DNA of 64,000 bases from an uncultured bacterium. Lineage in GTDB: Bacteria; Babelota; Babeliae; Babelales; Vermiphilaceae. Below the pieces are notes generated by a model, which worked only from the letters and a program-made list of their open reading frames with translations, made no database searches and had not been told where the DNA came from. How positions within the stretch are numbered: position 1 is the stretch's first letter; each line of letters opens with the position of its first letter. Position numbers and translations under genes: made by a program. Location of the stretch: assembly GCA_963702025.1 (NCBI GenBank), contig OY969699.1, forward strand, positions 288,001-352,000, given 5' to 3'. This document shows, piece after piece, positions 27,596 to 36,461 of the stretch.

Positions 27596-28090
27596 TTATG
27601 GTAATGGGGAAAGGGTTGCAGCAAGTCCCAGTGTATTTGCTGCCGCTTCAATGCCATGCATATATTCAGCCGAGTGCATTAGCATTTCGCCATGACTTGC
27701 CCATACTAATGCCGCAAAGGTACCCCATCCTGCAAGTCGCGTCCCCCACAATGCACACGCGCCAGCAACTGGGCCACCGCCATTGCCACGAACCTTTGCC
27801 ACAAGAGCATACTTGCCATCTTTAAATTTATTGATGCGGATATACCCGTTACCAATAAATTTTTCCAAGGCTTTATGTTGCGCGACAGCTTTGAGTAATG
27901 GATTAATATTATGCTTTTCGACAAAATGTTTTCCATTCTCATCTTCAACATAGAAATCTCTGTGGTTTGTATACAGTTTAAGATCATTTGCCGATGATAC
28001 AGCACTCCGATCTACCAGCTCCATTGCGTGGACTAATGATAAGGTACTGAATAAAAATAATGATAAAGAAGTGATGTTACGTATCTTCAC
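27596..28090 (-). CDS. Exported precursor: conserved domain + GGG + variable hydrophobic tail (cassette gene A2)
   Basis: Paralog of 24365..24856. Confidence 0.85.
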   Translation of the reverse strand: MKIRNITSLSLFLFSTLSLVHAMELVDRSAVSSANDLKLYTNHRDFYVEDENGKHFVEKHNINPLLKAVAQHKALEKFIGNGYIRINKFKDGKYALVAKVRGNGGGPVAGACALWGTRLAGWGTFAALVWASHGEMLMHSAEYMHGIEAAANTLGLAATLSPLP

Positions 28091-28464
28091 GTATTCTTCC
28101 TAGCGTTATGTTGTTAATAAATATATACACTGGCTTGTTCGACATCGCTGCAGCTGAAACCGAAACGCATTACTACAACCCTTTGTTCGTAGCTCAATCT
28201 TTTCTTGGAACCGAGTAGAAAAGAGCGAAGCAGAATGGGTCGGCGAATATCATAGACAAATATTTTTCAAAAGAAAAGCAATTTTTTGCTGTATCTTCCG
28301 GATAAAGCAGGAAAAAATCAAAAAACATTATTATTTATGCTTTATTTGTTCAGCGATTACCGTTACAAAAGACTGAAAGATAGAACTTATTTAAAGAAAT
28401 TTAGTAAATATCATTGTTTCATGTATACTTTAAACTAATTTTTTATTGAAAGTATAGGTGTTTT

Positions 28465-29268
28465 ATGAAAAAATTGTTGTTTCTTTTACTGGTATCTTCT
28501 TCTAACGTATTTTCCATGGAAAACTTAAAAAGTGAAGATGAATTTAACAATATTTTTTGTGCTCTGAATAGCAATCTGAAACCAAAAGTGGTCGCACGCT
28601 TGGCGACTAGTATCGAAAAAGATTCAGAAGCTAAAAAGGATATCAGTCAGTTGTATGATCTTAAAAACGCTCTTTATGCACTTACTGAAAGCGATGATTA
28701 TATTAGTGCCACAAAAAAAGTTTTAGAATCACTTGAATTACAACCCAACCTAAGTGCGTTGAATGGATTGATCCATCTAGCTGCAGATAATTTTGCAGTA
28801 GAAACAGTAAAAGCTCTTCTTAAATATGGTATACCTGCTGATGAATATGAATATATAAAAGTGCCCGGAGCAGAGTATAAAAAAACACCGCTTTATAAAA
28901 GTTGCACGATTCCCTACAGAATTGATGACACAGGTTTAATACCTAAAAGGATTGCTATTGTACAAGCTTTATTGGAAAATAAAGCTGATGCTAATGCATT
29001 AAATGGCGCTGATCAGGTAGGGTATAGCACTCAAACTGCGTTGTTCCGCTTGCTTGTAACAGAATGTCGGCTCAATCCACAGATTCTTGCCCATCGAAAA
29101 TCTATTATCGATCTTTTAGTAAAGGCAGGTCTTGATATTGAAATAAGAAACTCAATAAACCAAAACTGCTGTTGAGTATGCATATGCTAAATCTTCCATT
29201 AAAGATCAATGTGCCAAGATTTGGTGAATCACGTACTACAACGCGCCAATGAAAGATCCAATAATTAA
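28465..29268 (+). pseudogene. Exported ankyrin-like protein with frameshifted C-terminus (ORF 28465..29175)
   Basis: Paralog of 30097..30984 and 32689..33762; homologous TAVEYAYA and DLVNHVLQR segments continue in shifted frames after 29165. Confidence 0.65.
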
Positions 29269-29329
29269 ACCTTTTTTTATTGCATCTTAATGCTCTTTCT
29301 ATTTACCTTAAGTTAAAAAAAGGAAAAAT

Positions 29330-29980
29330 ATGAAATATAAAGCATTTTTATCCCTGATAGTTGCCACTTCACATGCCATGGAAATTAATGATCCATGGAT
29401 CCTCCATAAAACAGTTAAAAAGTTTGATATAGAAAAAGTGAATGAGTTACTTGCGGCAAAAAAAGTCTCCGTTAATGCAACAAACAGTAATCGTGAAACG
29501 CCGCTCCATGTAATCTGTTCCGTTGAATGTGATGCGGTGGTGCCCGAAATTGGGGAAAAACGGGTGGCAATCTGCAAAAATCTTATTGCCAATGGCGCGG
29601 AAGTAAACAGTGTTGATCGGCATGGTGAAACACCATTTTTTAATGTTTTTTGTTATGGACCAAAGATTATTAATCCTCGTGAGCAGAATGGTGGCCATGA
29701 AGAGGAAGTTCTTACTTGCTTTCTTGAACAACGAAAAGAAATCATATCACTGTTAGTTGTAAACCAATGTAATACCGAACACACAAACAGCACTGGCCTC
29801 ACTGCCTTTTATAAGGCGTGTCAAAAAAATGATGCCTTCTTAAAAAAATTGATCGCCTATGCAAAGAGCATGGAGTTAAAGGGCATTGAGAAAATAGATG
29901 ATCCCAGACAACCGCTATTCGGATTAGGAGCTCTTCAATCAGATGGTAACATTTGTTACGAATTTTGCTCAATATCATAA
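29330..29980 (+). CDS. Exported ankyrin-repeat protein
   Basis: VNATNSNRETPLH, GAEVNSVDRHGETPF, TNSTGLTAF. Confidence 0.8.
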   Translation: MKYKAFLSLIVATSHAMEINDPWILHKTVKKFDIEKVNELLAAKKVSVNATNSNRETPLHVICSVECDAVVPEIGEKRVAICKNLIANGAEVNSVDRHGETPFFNVFCYGPKIINPREQNGGHEEEVLTCFLEQRKEIISLLVVNQCNTEHTNSTGLTAFYKACQKNDAFLKKLIAYAKSMELKGIEKIDDPRQPLFGLGALQSDGNICYEFCSIS

Positions 29981-30096
29981 CAATTTTTATCAGCGCTTTG
30001 GTGCCGGCATTAAACGGTGGTCGCAATGGACAAAAACGGCCAAAAGTTCTACCTTTGTACTCACATTTTTAATTATACCAAAAAAAGGTGAACAGC

Positions 30097-30984
30097 ATGA
30101 AAAAGACTCTCTTAACCATCGTGGCATTTTCTGTACAAAATTCCGATACGATGACAAAAGATATTTCAACGTACATGAAAAATGGAGAAAAAATTGATCA
30201 TCTCTTTTCTCCCGGCGATCTTGATAATCCTCTCTTTAAATTTGCCGCGGGCGATGAGTATCTTCCAATAACCACAAAAATATTGGATTATGGCGTTAGC
30301 GTTGAAGGGTATAGCGGACATTCGCCGCTCCATGTTGCCGTTGATAAAGGTGCTTTGCTAACCGTTACGAAACTTCTTGCGCACAACATTGATCCCAATA
30401 CAAGGAGCGATAAATTGCAGGCTACCCCGATCGAACTTGCGTGCCAAGTATTAAACCGTCCAACAAGTAACTATGGGGAACCCGCACCATTCCGTACAAC
30501 TTGCTTTGAAAAAACTTTGAGAAATATAGAAATTATTCGAGCGCTTCTCGATAAAAAAGCCAACCCGAAATCAATGTTATTTTTTCTGATGACGCATTGG
30601 CTAGCTCTACCAAAGTTTACCGGTCCCCAGCAAGAGACTTTGATTTTCATAAATAAAGAAATAATTGGCAGTGCATTCAAAAATGGTCTTAATATTTGGC
30701 TCAAAAATAATGAAAATAAAACAGCATTGGAAAATGCTGCAGGCCAACATGGCGCCAACCCAAGCCAAATCTCTTTAGTAAATTATGTATACGAACTTGA
30801 ACGCCAAAAAGTCTTAAAAGTTGTGCGGTACACAGTAAACGGCCCAAAGGCACGTTCACCATTTAAGCTCTTGCCAAAAGAGATATGCGAAATGATTATT
30901 AAGCTTGCATATCCGGTAATCGTCTTACCATCTGATGAGATTCATGAAATTAATGCGCAAACATTTCTTCATGGATTAGCTTAA
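30097..30984 (+). CDS. Ankyrin-repeat protein with C-terminal F-box-like motif
   Basis: GHSPLHVAV, ATPIELAC, NNENKTALENA; SPFKLLPKEICEMIIKLAYP. Confidence 0.8.
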   Translation: MKKTLLTIVAFSVQNSDTMTKDISTYMKNGEKIDHLFSPGDLDNPLFKFAAGDEYLPITTKILDYGVSVEGYSGHSPLHVAVDKGALLTVTKLLAHNIDPNTRSDKLQATPIELACQVLNRPTSNYGEPAPFRTTCFEKTLRNIEIIRALLDKKANPKSMLFFLMTHWLALPKFTGPQQETLIFINKEIIGSAFKNGLNIWLKNNENKTALENAAGQHGANPSQISLVNYVYELERQKVLKVVRYTVNGPKARSPFKLLPKEICEMIIKLAYPVIVLPSDEIHEINAQTFLHGLA

Positions 30985-31025
30985 ATGATGTAAAAAAATT
31001 TCATTCAGATAGAGGAAAAACATTT

Positions 31026-31817
31026 ATGAAAACAAAATATCTTGCAATGCTTTTGCTATTTATTCCCTCATTAAATTTTTGCATGGAAGATGAGGGCTTT
31101 TTCTACCTTATGGAATCTGAATCGGAGGCCAAAGATAGAAAAGAACAACTCATAAATATCATCAATGAACGGCTAGAAAAAAACCTGGATTTGAATGCGA
31201 AAATGGGGTTTCCCTTTGCGAATCAAAAGCCATTACATCGGGCAATACATCATGATCGAACTGGCCAAATAGCCCTAAAATTGCTTAGCGCCGGAGCCGA
31301 TCCAAATGTTAATAATGGCTGGGGGGAAACCCCTTTACATTGGGCATGTAGACCACGTATATCTCTTGAAAATATAAAAATACTGCTAGCATATAACGCA
31401 AACCCAAATATTTATGATACTGCAGGATTATATCTAATTCCCACATCTTATGAAACCCCTCTGCATAATTTGTGTGCAGCATCCCATAGCGCCGATAAAC
31501 AGATTGCTCTCAAACTTTTACTTGCGCACGGCGCAAATTTTTCTTTAGAAAAAAATGGGTATGGCAAAACATGCTTAGAATTATTGTCGGAGACGGATCC
31601 AAATTTGGGCCAAATAGCCAGGCGCATTTACCATCATAAAATTGCTGCCTATATTTTGTTGCTGAGAGGAAAAGAAACAAATGAGTCTTTATTCAGACGC
31701 CTGCCAAAAGATTTGCTCAAATTGATTCTGGGTAGCATTTTCCCCAATTTTCCATGGCCAGGAGAAATTTTGAATTCCGCCAAACTTCTTGCTCTTTTGA
31801 AACCGGAGCCGAAATAG
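31026..31817 (+). CDS. Exported ankyrin-repeat protein with C-terminal F-box-like motif
   Basis: GADPNVNNGWGETPLHWAC, ETPLHNLC; SLFRRLPKDLLKLILGSIFP. Confidence 0.85.
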   Translation: MKTKYLAMLLLFIPSLNFCMEDEGFFYLMESESEAKDRKEQLINIINERLEKNLDLNAKMGFPFANQKPLHRAIHHDRTGQIALKLLSAGADPNVNNGWGETPLHWACRPRISLENIKILLAYNANPNIYDTAGLYLIPTSYETPLHNLCAASHSADKQIALKLLLAHGANFSLEKNGYGKTCLELLSETDPNLGQIARRIYHHKIAAYILLLRGKETNESLFRRLPKDLLKLILGSIFPNFPWPGEILNSAKLLALLKPEPK

Positions 31818-32648
31818 TACATTTGCTGTTTTTTTTGGCACAATGGTGAAAAGCAATTGAGTAAAAAAATTTTAATAATTCTTGTATTTGGAAATAGAGC
31901 ATGAAAACAAAATATCTTGCAACGCTATTACTATTCGTCCCTTTTTTAAATTTTTGTATGGCCGATTGGGATTCGATTTCCCGAATAAGGGCTAAATCAA
32001 GAACTGAACGTCAAGAAGAAGAGAATAAGAAAGCAGTAATAGCCACAATCAATGAACGATTAGAGAAAAAAATAGATCTAAATGAACTCATGCTTGCTTG
32101 GCCGGGCCATAAACTGTTACATCGAGCGGTTCATTATGATCACACTGGTGAATTGGTGCTAAAATTACTCAAAGCTGGGGCATTCCCGGATGTATTCGAT
32201 AACTGTGGACGAACTCCTCTCCATTGGGCATGCAATTCATTATCTCCCGAAAATCTAAAAATACTTCTTGCATATAATGCCAATCCCAATACTGCACTTC
32301 GCAACTCTACCCCTTTGCATAAAATATCCGAATCAACTAATAATTCGAGCTCCAACACACAAATAGCAGTTAAGCTTTTACTTGCTCACGGTGCGCATCC
32401 TTTAAAAAAAAATTGTTATGGAGAAACATGTTTGCAAATATTAGCTAAATATAATCCGAAATTAGAACAAATAACCAGGCGGATTTACCATCATAAAATT
32501 GCTGCCTATATTTTGTTGCTGAGAGGAAAAGAAACAAATGAGTCTTTATTCAGACGCCTGCCAAAAGATTTGCTCAAATTGATTCTGGGTAGCATTTTCC
32601 CCAATTTTCCATGGCCAGGAGAAATTTTGAATTCCGCCAAACTTCTTG
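31626..32648 (+). repeat. 166-bp perfect direct repeat (31626-31791 and 32483-32648)
   Basis: Base-by-base identical from ATTTACCATCAT to AAACTTCTTG. Confidence 0.9.
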
Positions 32649-32692
32649 ATCTTTTGAAATCAGAGCAAAAGCAAATTAAAGGAGATTCATGA
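31901..32692 (+). CDS. Exported ankyrin-repeat protein with C-terminal F-box-like motif, paralog of 31026..31817
   Basis: GRTPLHWAC, STPLHKI; C-terminal module identical to the upstream gene. Confidence 0.85.
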   Translation: MKTKYLATLLLFVPFLNFCMADWDSISRIRAKSRTERQEEENKKAVIATINERLEKKIDLNELMLAWPGHKLLHRAVHYDHTGELVLKLLKAGAFPDVFDNCGRTPLHWACNSLSPENLKILLAYNANPNTALRNSTPLHKISESTNNSSSNTQIAVKLLLAHGAHPLKKNCYGETCLQILAKYNPKLEQITRRIYHHKIAAYILLLRGKETNESLFRRLPKDLLKLILGSIFPNFPWPGEILNSAKLLDLLKSEQKQIKGDS

Positions 32693-33762
32693 AAAAAAAA
32701 TTTGTAGTTTTGGTAGTGTTAATCGTGCTCAACTCAAATACCATAAAAGCATGTTATAGCACACTTGAACATATGTCACGGCGACATACAGCAACCGAGA
32801 CGGCAGAAACACTGAGAGCACTACGCGAAAGCAAAGAAAAAGAAGAGCGTGAAAAAAAAGAAAAAACACAAAAATTGATAAAAACTCTTGAAGATGCACT
32901 GGCAAAAAACGAAAGTGTGAGCCATTTCTGCAATCTAACTGACCCGAAAAATGCTCTCTTTCAACTTGCCCAAAGCGATGAATATATTGAGATAACAAAA
33001 AAAATTTTAAAATCGGGAATAATGCTCAATCCATACACGTTGCAGCCTTATCAAAAATATTCTCCCTTACACGGTGCCGTGCAAAATTTGGCCGTAGAAA
33101 CAACTAAAGAATTACTACGTCATGGCATCCTCCCCAATACCTACGATACTGATGCTGAAACGCCACTCTATAAAATTTGCAATTTTTCCAATGACTCGCC
33201 ACCGCAAATGGTGCAAAAAAGAATAACGATCGCTCGTGTTTTGCTGGCAAATAAAGCTGATCCTAATGCAATAAATGGGCACTTTGGCTATACGCCCAAT
33301 CCAACTGTATTATTTCCATTACTTGCGCCTTGCCTCGATCGTGATCGCTCTATTGAACAATTGGCTATACCCGAGCGCAAATCACTTTTTGATCTCTTAT
33401 TTAAAGCAGGAATAAAAATCCATATCGAGAACTCACAAAACATTACTGCTATGCAAAAAGCGTATGCAGAACTTGGCACGATACCCGAGTTTGTGGAATT
33501 GATAAATTATGTCTTTCAGCGTGAACGTGAAAAAGTATTAAAGATTCTACGCAAACCAGGAAAGGGACCAAAGGCGTATTCACCTTTTAAACTTTTACCT
33601 TTAGAAGTATGCGAGATGATCATTAGTTTTGCATATCCAGAAATAACCCTAAAACCTAAAAATCAGTTCCAATCTTCACTTACAAAGATGGAGTTTCTAA
33701 ACATGTTTAAAGAGGTAAGCACTGAAACCCTGTATCAAAGATCTCTCGGGAAAAATGCGTAA
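32689..33762 (+). CDS. Exported ankyrin-repeat protein with C-terminal F-box-like motif
   Basis: YSPLHGAV, ETPLYKIC, ANKADPN; SPFKLLPLEVCEMIISFAYP. Confidence 0.85.
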   Translation: MKKKFVVLVVLIVLNSNTIKACYSTLEHMSRRHTATETAETLRALRESKEKEEREKKEKTQKLIKTLEDALAKNESVSHFCNLTDPKNALFQLAQSDEYIEITKKILKSGIMLNPYTLQPYQKYSPLHGAVQNLAVETTKELLRHGILPNTYDTDAETPLYKICNFSNDSPPQMVQKRITIARVLLANKADPNAINGHFGYTPNPTVLFPLLAPCLDRDRSIEQLAIPERKSLFDLLFKAGIKIHIENSQNITAMQKAYAELGTIPEFVELINYVFQREREKVLKILRKPGKGPKAYSPFKLLPLEVCEMIISFAYPEITLKPKNQFQSSLTKMEFLNMFKEVSTETLYQRSLGKNA

Positions 33763-33849
33763 TCCATCTTTGCTCCTTTCTGCAACCTGACATACAGGCC
33801 GTTTTATGCTATTATAGGGTATAATTAACCCTTTTTTTACAAGAATTTA

Positions 33850-34992
33850 ATGAAGAAAAAAATAATCATTTTCACCAGTTCAGGTGGCCAGGGCCATATT
33901 AGTGCCATGAAGGCCATTCAGGCTTACTTGGGCAACGAATATGAAACTAAACCAGTATTTATTTTCGATGAAGTCTTTAAAGGAATAGACCCAAGCTCGC
34001 GGCTCACTTTTGGTGCCATCAACGGGGAAGATATTTACAACTATTTCCTGCGAAAACGTTGGTATAAAATATTAAATTGCATGTATAATCTGGGCAACTG
34101 GTATTTTGGGTTGCGCGCCAAAAAAATGACGCGACTTGCCACTCAGTATTTACAACAGCACAAGCCGGATTTGGTTCTTTCAGTTACCCCGATTATCAAT
34201 GGGGTGCTTCTGCAAGCGTGCCAAAATGCTGATTTTCCCTTTCTTTTAATTCCTACCGATCTTGATGTTACCAGCTTTATTACCGGTATAAAAAATCCAA
34301 CCTATGCCAAATTTCAACTGGTTATCGGCTTTGATGATCCCATAATTAAAGAAAAGTTGAGTGCGGCACATATAAACCCTGCACAAATTTCAGCAGCCGG
34401 ATTACCGGTGCGATCCAGTTTTTTTGAAGAAAAAAATATTCCTGAACTTAAAAAGAAATACAACGTTCCAACGGATAAGCCGGTGATTGTGCTCATGATG
34501 GGCGGTCAAGGCAACACCAATATTGTCACATTTGCCAAACAATTGGCAACGCTTACCATCCCTGCGCATATCATAATTTTTACCGGCAAAGATGGCAAGA
34601 TCGCAAAACGTCTTGAGCGCTTAAAGCTTAATCCCATGCTTTCTTTAACCATCATCAGATTTACCGAACATGTTGCGGATCTTATGGCAACTGCCGACCT
34701 TTTAATCACCAAATCCGGCTCGGTGAGCTTTTGCGAAGGAATATATTTAAATATTCCTATGATTTTGGATTCAACAGCAACGTTACTTTACTGGGAACGG
34801 CTCAATCATACCTTGTTAACCGCACACGATTGGGGAATTTGCTTGCAAAATGCACATGATTTGCGTCAAGCAGTCACCACCATTATTGCAAATCCGGGTT
34901 ATGATGAAGCGATCAAAGAACGGCTTAAAAAATATCCAAAAAAACGGCTCGATCAGGAAATAAAGCCGATTATAGAAAAATTGATTGGATAA
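33850..34992 (+). CDS. MGDG synthase / UgtP-like glycosyltransferase (GT28)
   Basis: GGQGHISA, KPDLVLSVTP, GLPVRSSF, LMMGGQG, ADLLITKSG. Confidence 0.9.
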   Translation: MKKKIIIFTSSGGQGHISAMKAIQAYLGNEYETKPVFIFDEVFKGIDPSSRLTFGAINGEDIYNYFLRKRWYKILNCMYNLGNWYFGLRAKKMTRLATQYLQQHKPDLVLSVTPIINGVLLQACQNADFPFLLIPTDLDVTSFITGIKNPTYAKFQLVIGFDDPIIKEKLSAAHINPAQISAAGLPVRSSFFEEKNIPELKKKYNVPTDKPVIVLMMGGQGNTNIVTFAKQLATLTIPAHIIIFTGKDGKIAKRLERLKLNPMLSLTIIRFTEHVADLMATADLLITKSGSVSFCEGIYLNIPMILDSTATLLYWERLNHTLLTAHDWGICLQNAHDLRQAVTTIIANPGYDEAIKERLKKYPKKRLDQEIKPIIEKLIG

Positions 34993-35057
34993 GCAACATT
35001 CCGATTCATTAATGCAATAGAGAGCGCATAAGCGATATGCTTAAAGAAATATGCTAA

Positions 35058-35603
35058 TTACTTCTCCGACCTCATTAGCAAGAAACCCTTCAAAATACTT
35101 AAAATAACTGTTCGTTCGGCTAAATACTCAATCTCTTTATCCGGGCTCTTGATGCATTTTATTGCAACATCCTGTTGAATACGTTCGACTATAGAAACCA
35201 GAGGCAGAAGGTTATTTGTATCTTCAAGGTTTGCTGTTCGCAAGATACTCCATTCCTTTGAACTCAAAATTGCACGTAGTTTTTCCTCTACCGCCTGAGT
35301 ACTTTTAGTCACCCGCGCAGAGAAGCTATTTTCTTCATGACCTGCCTGCGCTTTTTTTTCGTACAACGCTTTAAACACATGCGTGGAAAATTCTATAGTT
35401 TTTATTTCTTTCTGCTTTTCCTTAATTTGCAGATCAGCTACTTGATCAAATAAATTTTTATTGCAGGCAACAAAATTCTGCAATTCTTCTTTATCTTGTG
35501 CCAACTGAGCCGCCAGTAACGCCTCTTTGGCAGACTGATTTGGACCGGTTGCACCGATATAGTTTGCGCTGAAAGTAAGAACAACAATTAATTTGTATTT
35601 CAT
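35058..35603 (-). CDS. Hypothetical exported protein
   Basis: 181 aa, GGGGA RBS, short signal peptide. Confidence 0.6.
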   Translation of the reverse strand: MKYKLIVVLTFSANYIGATGPNQSAKEALLAAQLAQDKEELQNFVACNKNLFDQVADLQIKEKQKEIKTIEFSTHVFKALYEKKAQAGHEENSFSARVTKSTQAVEEKLRAILSSKEWSILRTANLEDTNNLLPLVSIVERIQQDVAIKCIKSPDKEIEYLAERTVILSILKGFLLMRSEK

Positions 35604-35619
35604 AATGTCCCCTATAGTT

Positions 35620-35647
35620 AAAAAAAGGGGCTGAACATTCAGCCCCT
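35620..35647 (-). terminator. Rho-independent terminator after the OmpA/Pal gene
   Basis: AGGGGCTGAA/TTCAGCCCCT stem followed by a T run on the minus strand. Confidence 0.85.
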
Positions 35648-35665
35648 ACAATATTATCAAATTAT

Positions 35666-36313
35666 TTACGCAGCAACCGCAATCACTTGAATTTCATCAC
35701 GACGATTCGGCGCTTGTTGATCCTTATTGCCGGTGCATGGTTTACCATTAACCAGCTCAGGGTAATCAGTTCCACGACCCACAATCTTGATACGATCGGC
35801 AGGAATTCCTTGCGCTACAGCACAATCTTTGAGTGTTTTTGCCCGTTTTTCTGAAAGGAAATAGTTATATGTCTTGGATCCTGCAAAATGATCGGCATTT
35901 CCATTAATCACAAATTCAACTCGAACGCCGGTTTTTTCTTCCTCAGCAAGCAACTGCTTCATGTGAGAAACATTATAATCAACAGACTCTTTTTCAGATG
36001 ATTTTATGCCATATTTATCAAAATCAAAATATACTTTCTTAAGACTTTGTGCCGTCTTGCCTGATCGATTTATCCAGACATACTGATTATCGTCTTCCTC
36101 AATAGGCGCCGCAAAAGAAGGATCATTGAGCGCTAACTCGTCAAGATCTTCTTCAAAAAAACTCTTAACACCATCACCGGCAACCGGAATATCAACATCC
36201 GTTAATATCTCTTTTTTATTAACCGGTCTTTTTTCCGCTTTTTTTGACTTAAAGAACCCGCAACCTGGCATTAAAACAATTACAGATAGTAATGCAATGA
36301 CTTGCTTATTCAT
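35666..36313 (-). CDS. OmpA-family peptidoglycan-associated lipoprotein (Pal-like)
   Basis: Lipobox-like LMPGC, VYFDFDK, GNAD..GSKTYNYFLSEKRA, NRR. Confidence 0.85.
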   Translation of the reverse strand: MNKQVIALLSVIVLMPGCGFFKSKKAEKRPVNKKEILTDVDIPVAGDGVKSFFEEDLDELALNDPSFAAPIEEDDNQYVWINRSGKTAQSLKKVYFDFDKYGIKSSEKESVDYNVSHMKQLLAEEEKTGVRVEFVINGNADHFAGSKTYNYFLSEKRAKTLKDCAVAQGIPADRIKIVGRGTDYPELVNGKPCTGNKDQQAPNRRDEIQVIAVAA

Positions 36314-36461
36314 GAATACTCCCTAGTTGAGAAGGAAAGAAAAAAACTATTTTTATCCAAAAGCATAAGGACTTTAACACAAATTTGGCCAATTTTCTAC
36401 TCATTATCATCAAAATAAGCTATAGTTAAGAAAAGAAAAAATTAAAAAATGGCAAAAAAGC

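Noticed and set aside
23364..28090. Cassette as a classic double-glycine bacteriocin or RiPP cluster
   Set aside because: No C39-peptidase ABC transporter or modifying enzymes are nearby, and the leader is a Sec signal plus an ~84 aa domain; it is reported as a distinct candidate system instead.
22280..33762. Integrative island at the mnmE (trmE) 3' end, as for SGI1
   Set aside because: The accessory region does start right after mnmE, but I found no integrase and no second copy of the TTCTGTATTGGAAAATGA end.
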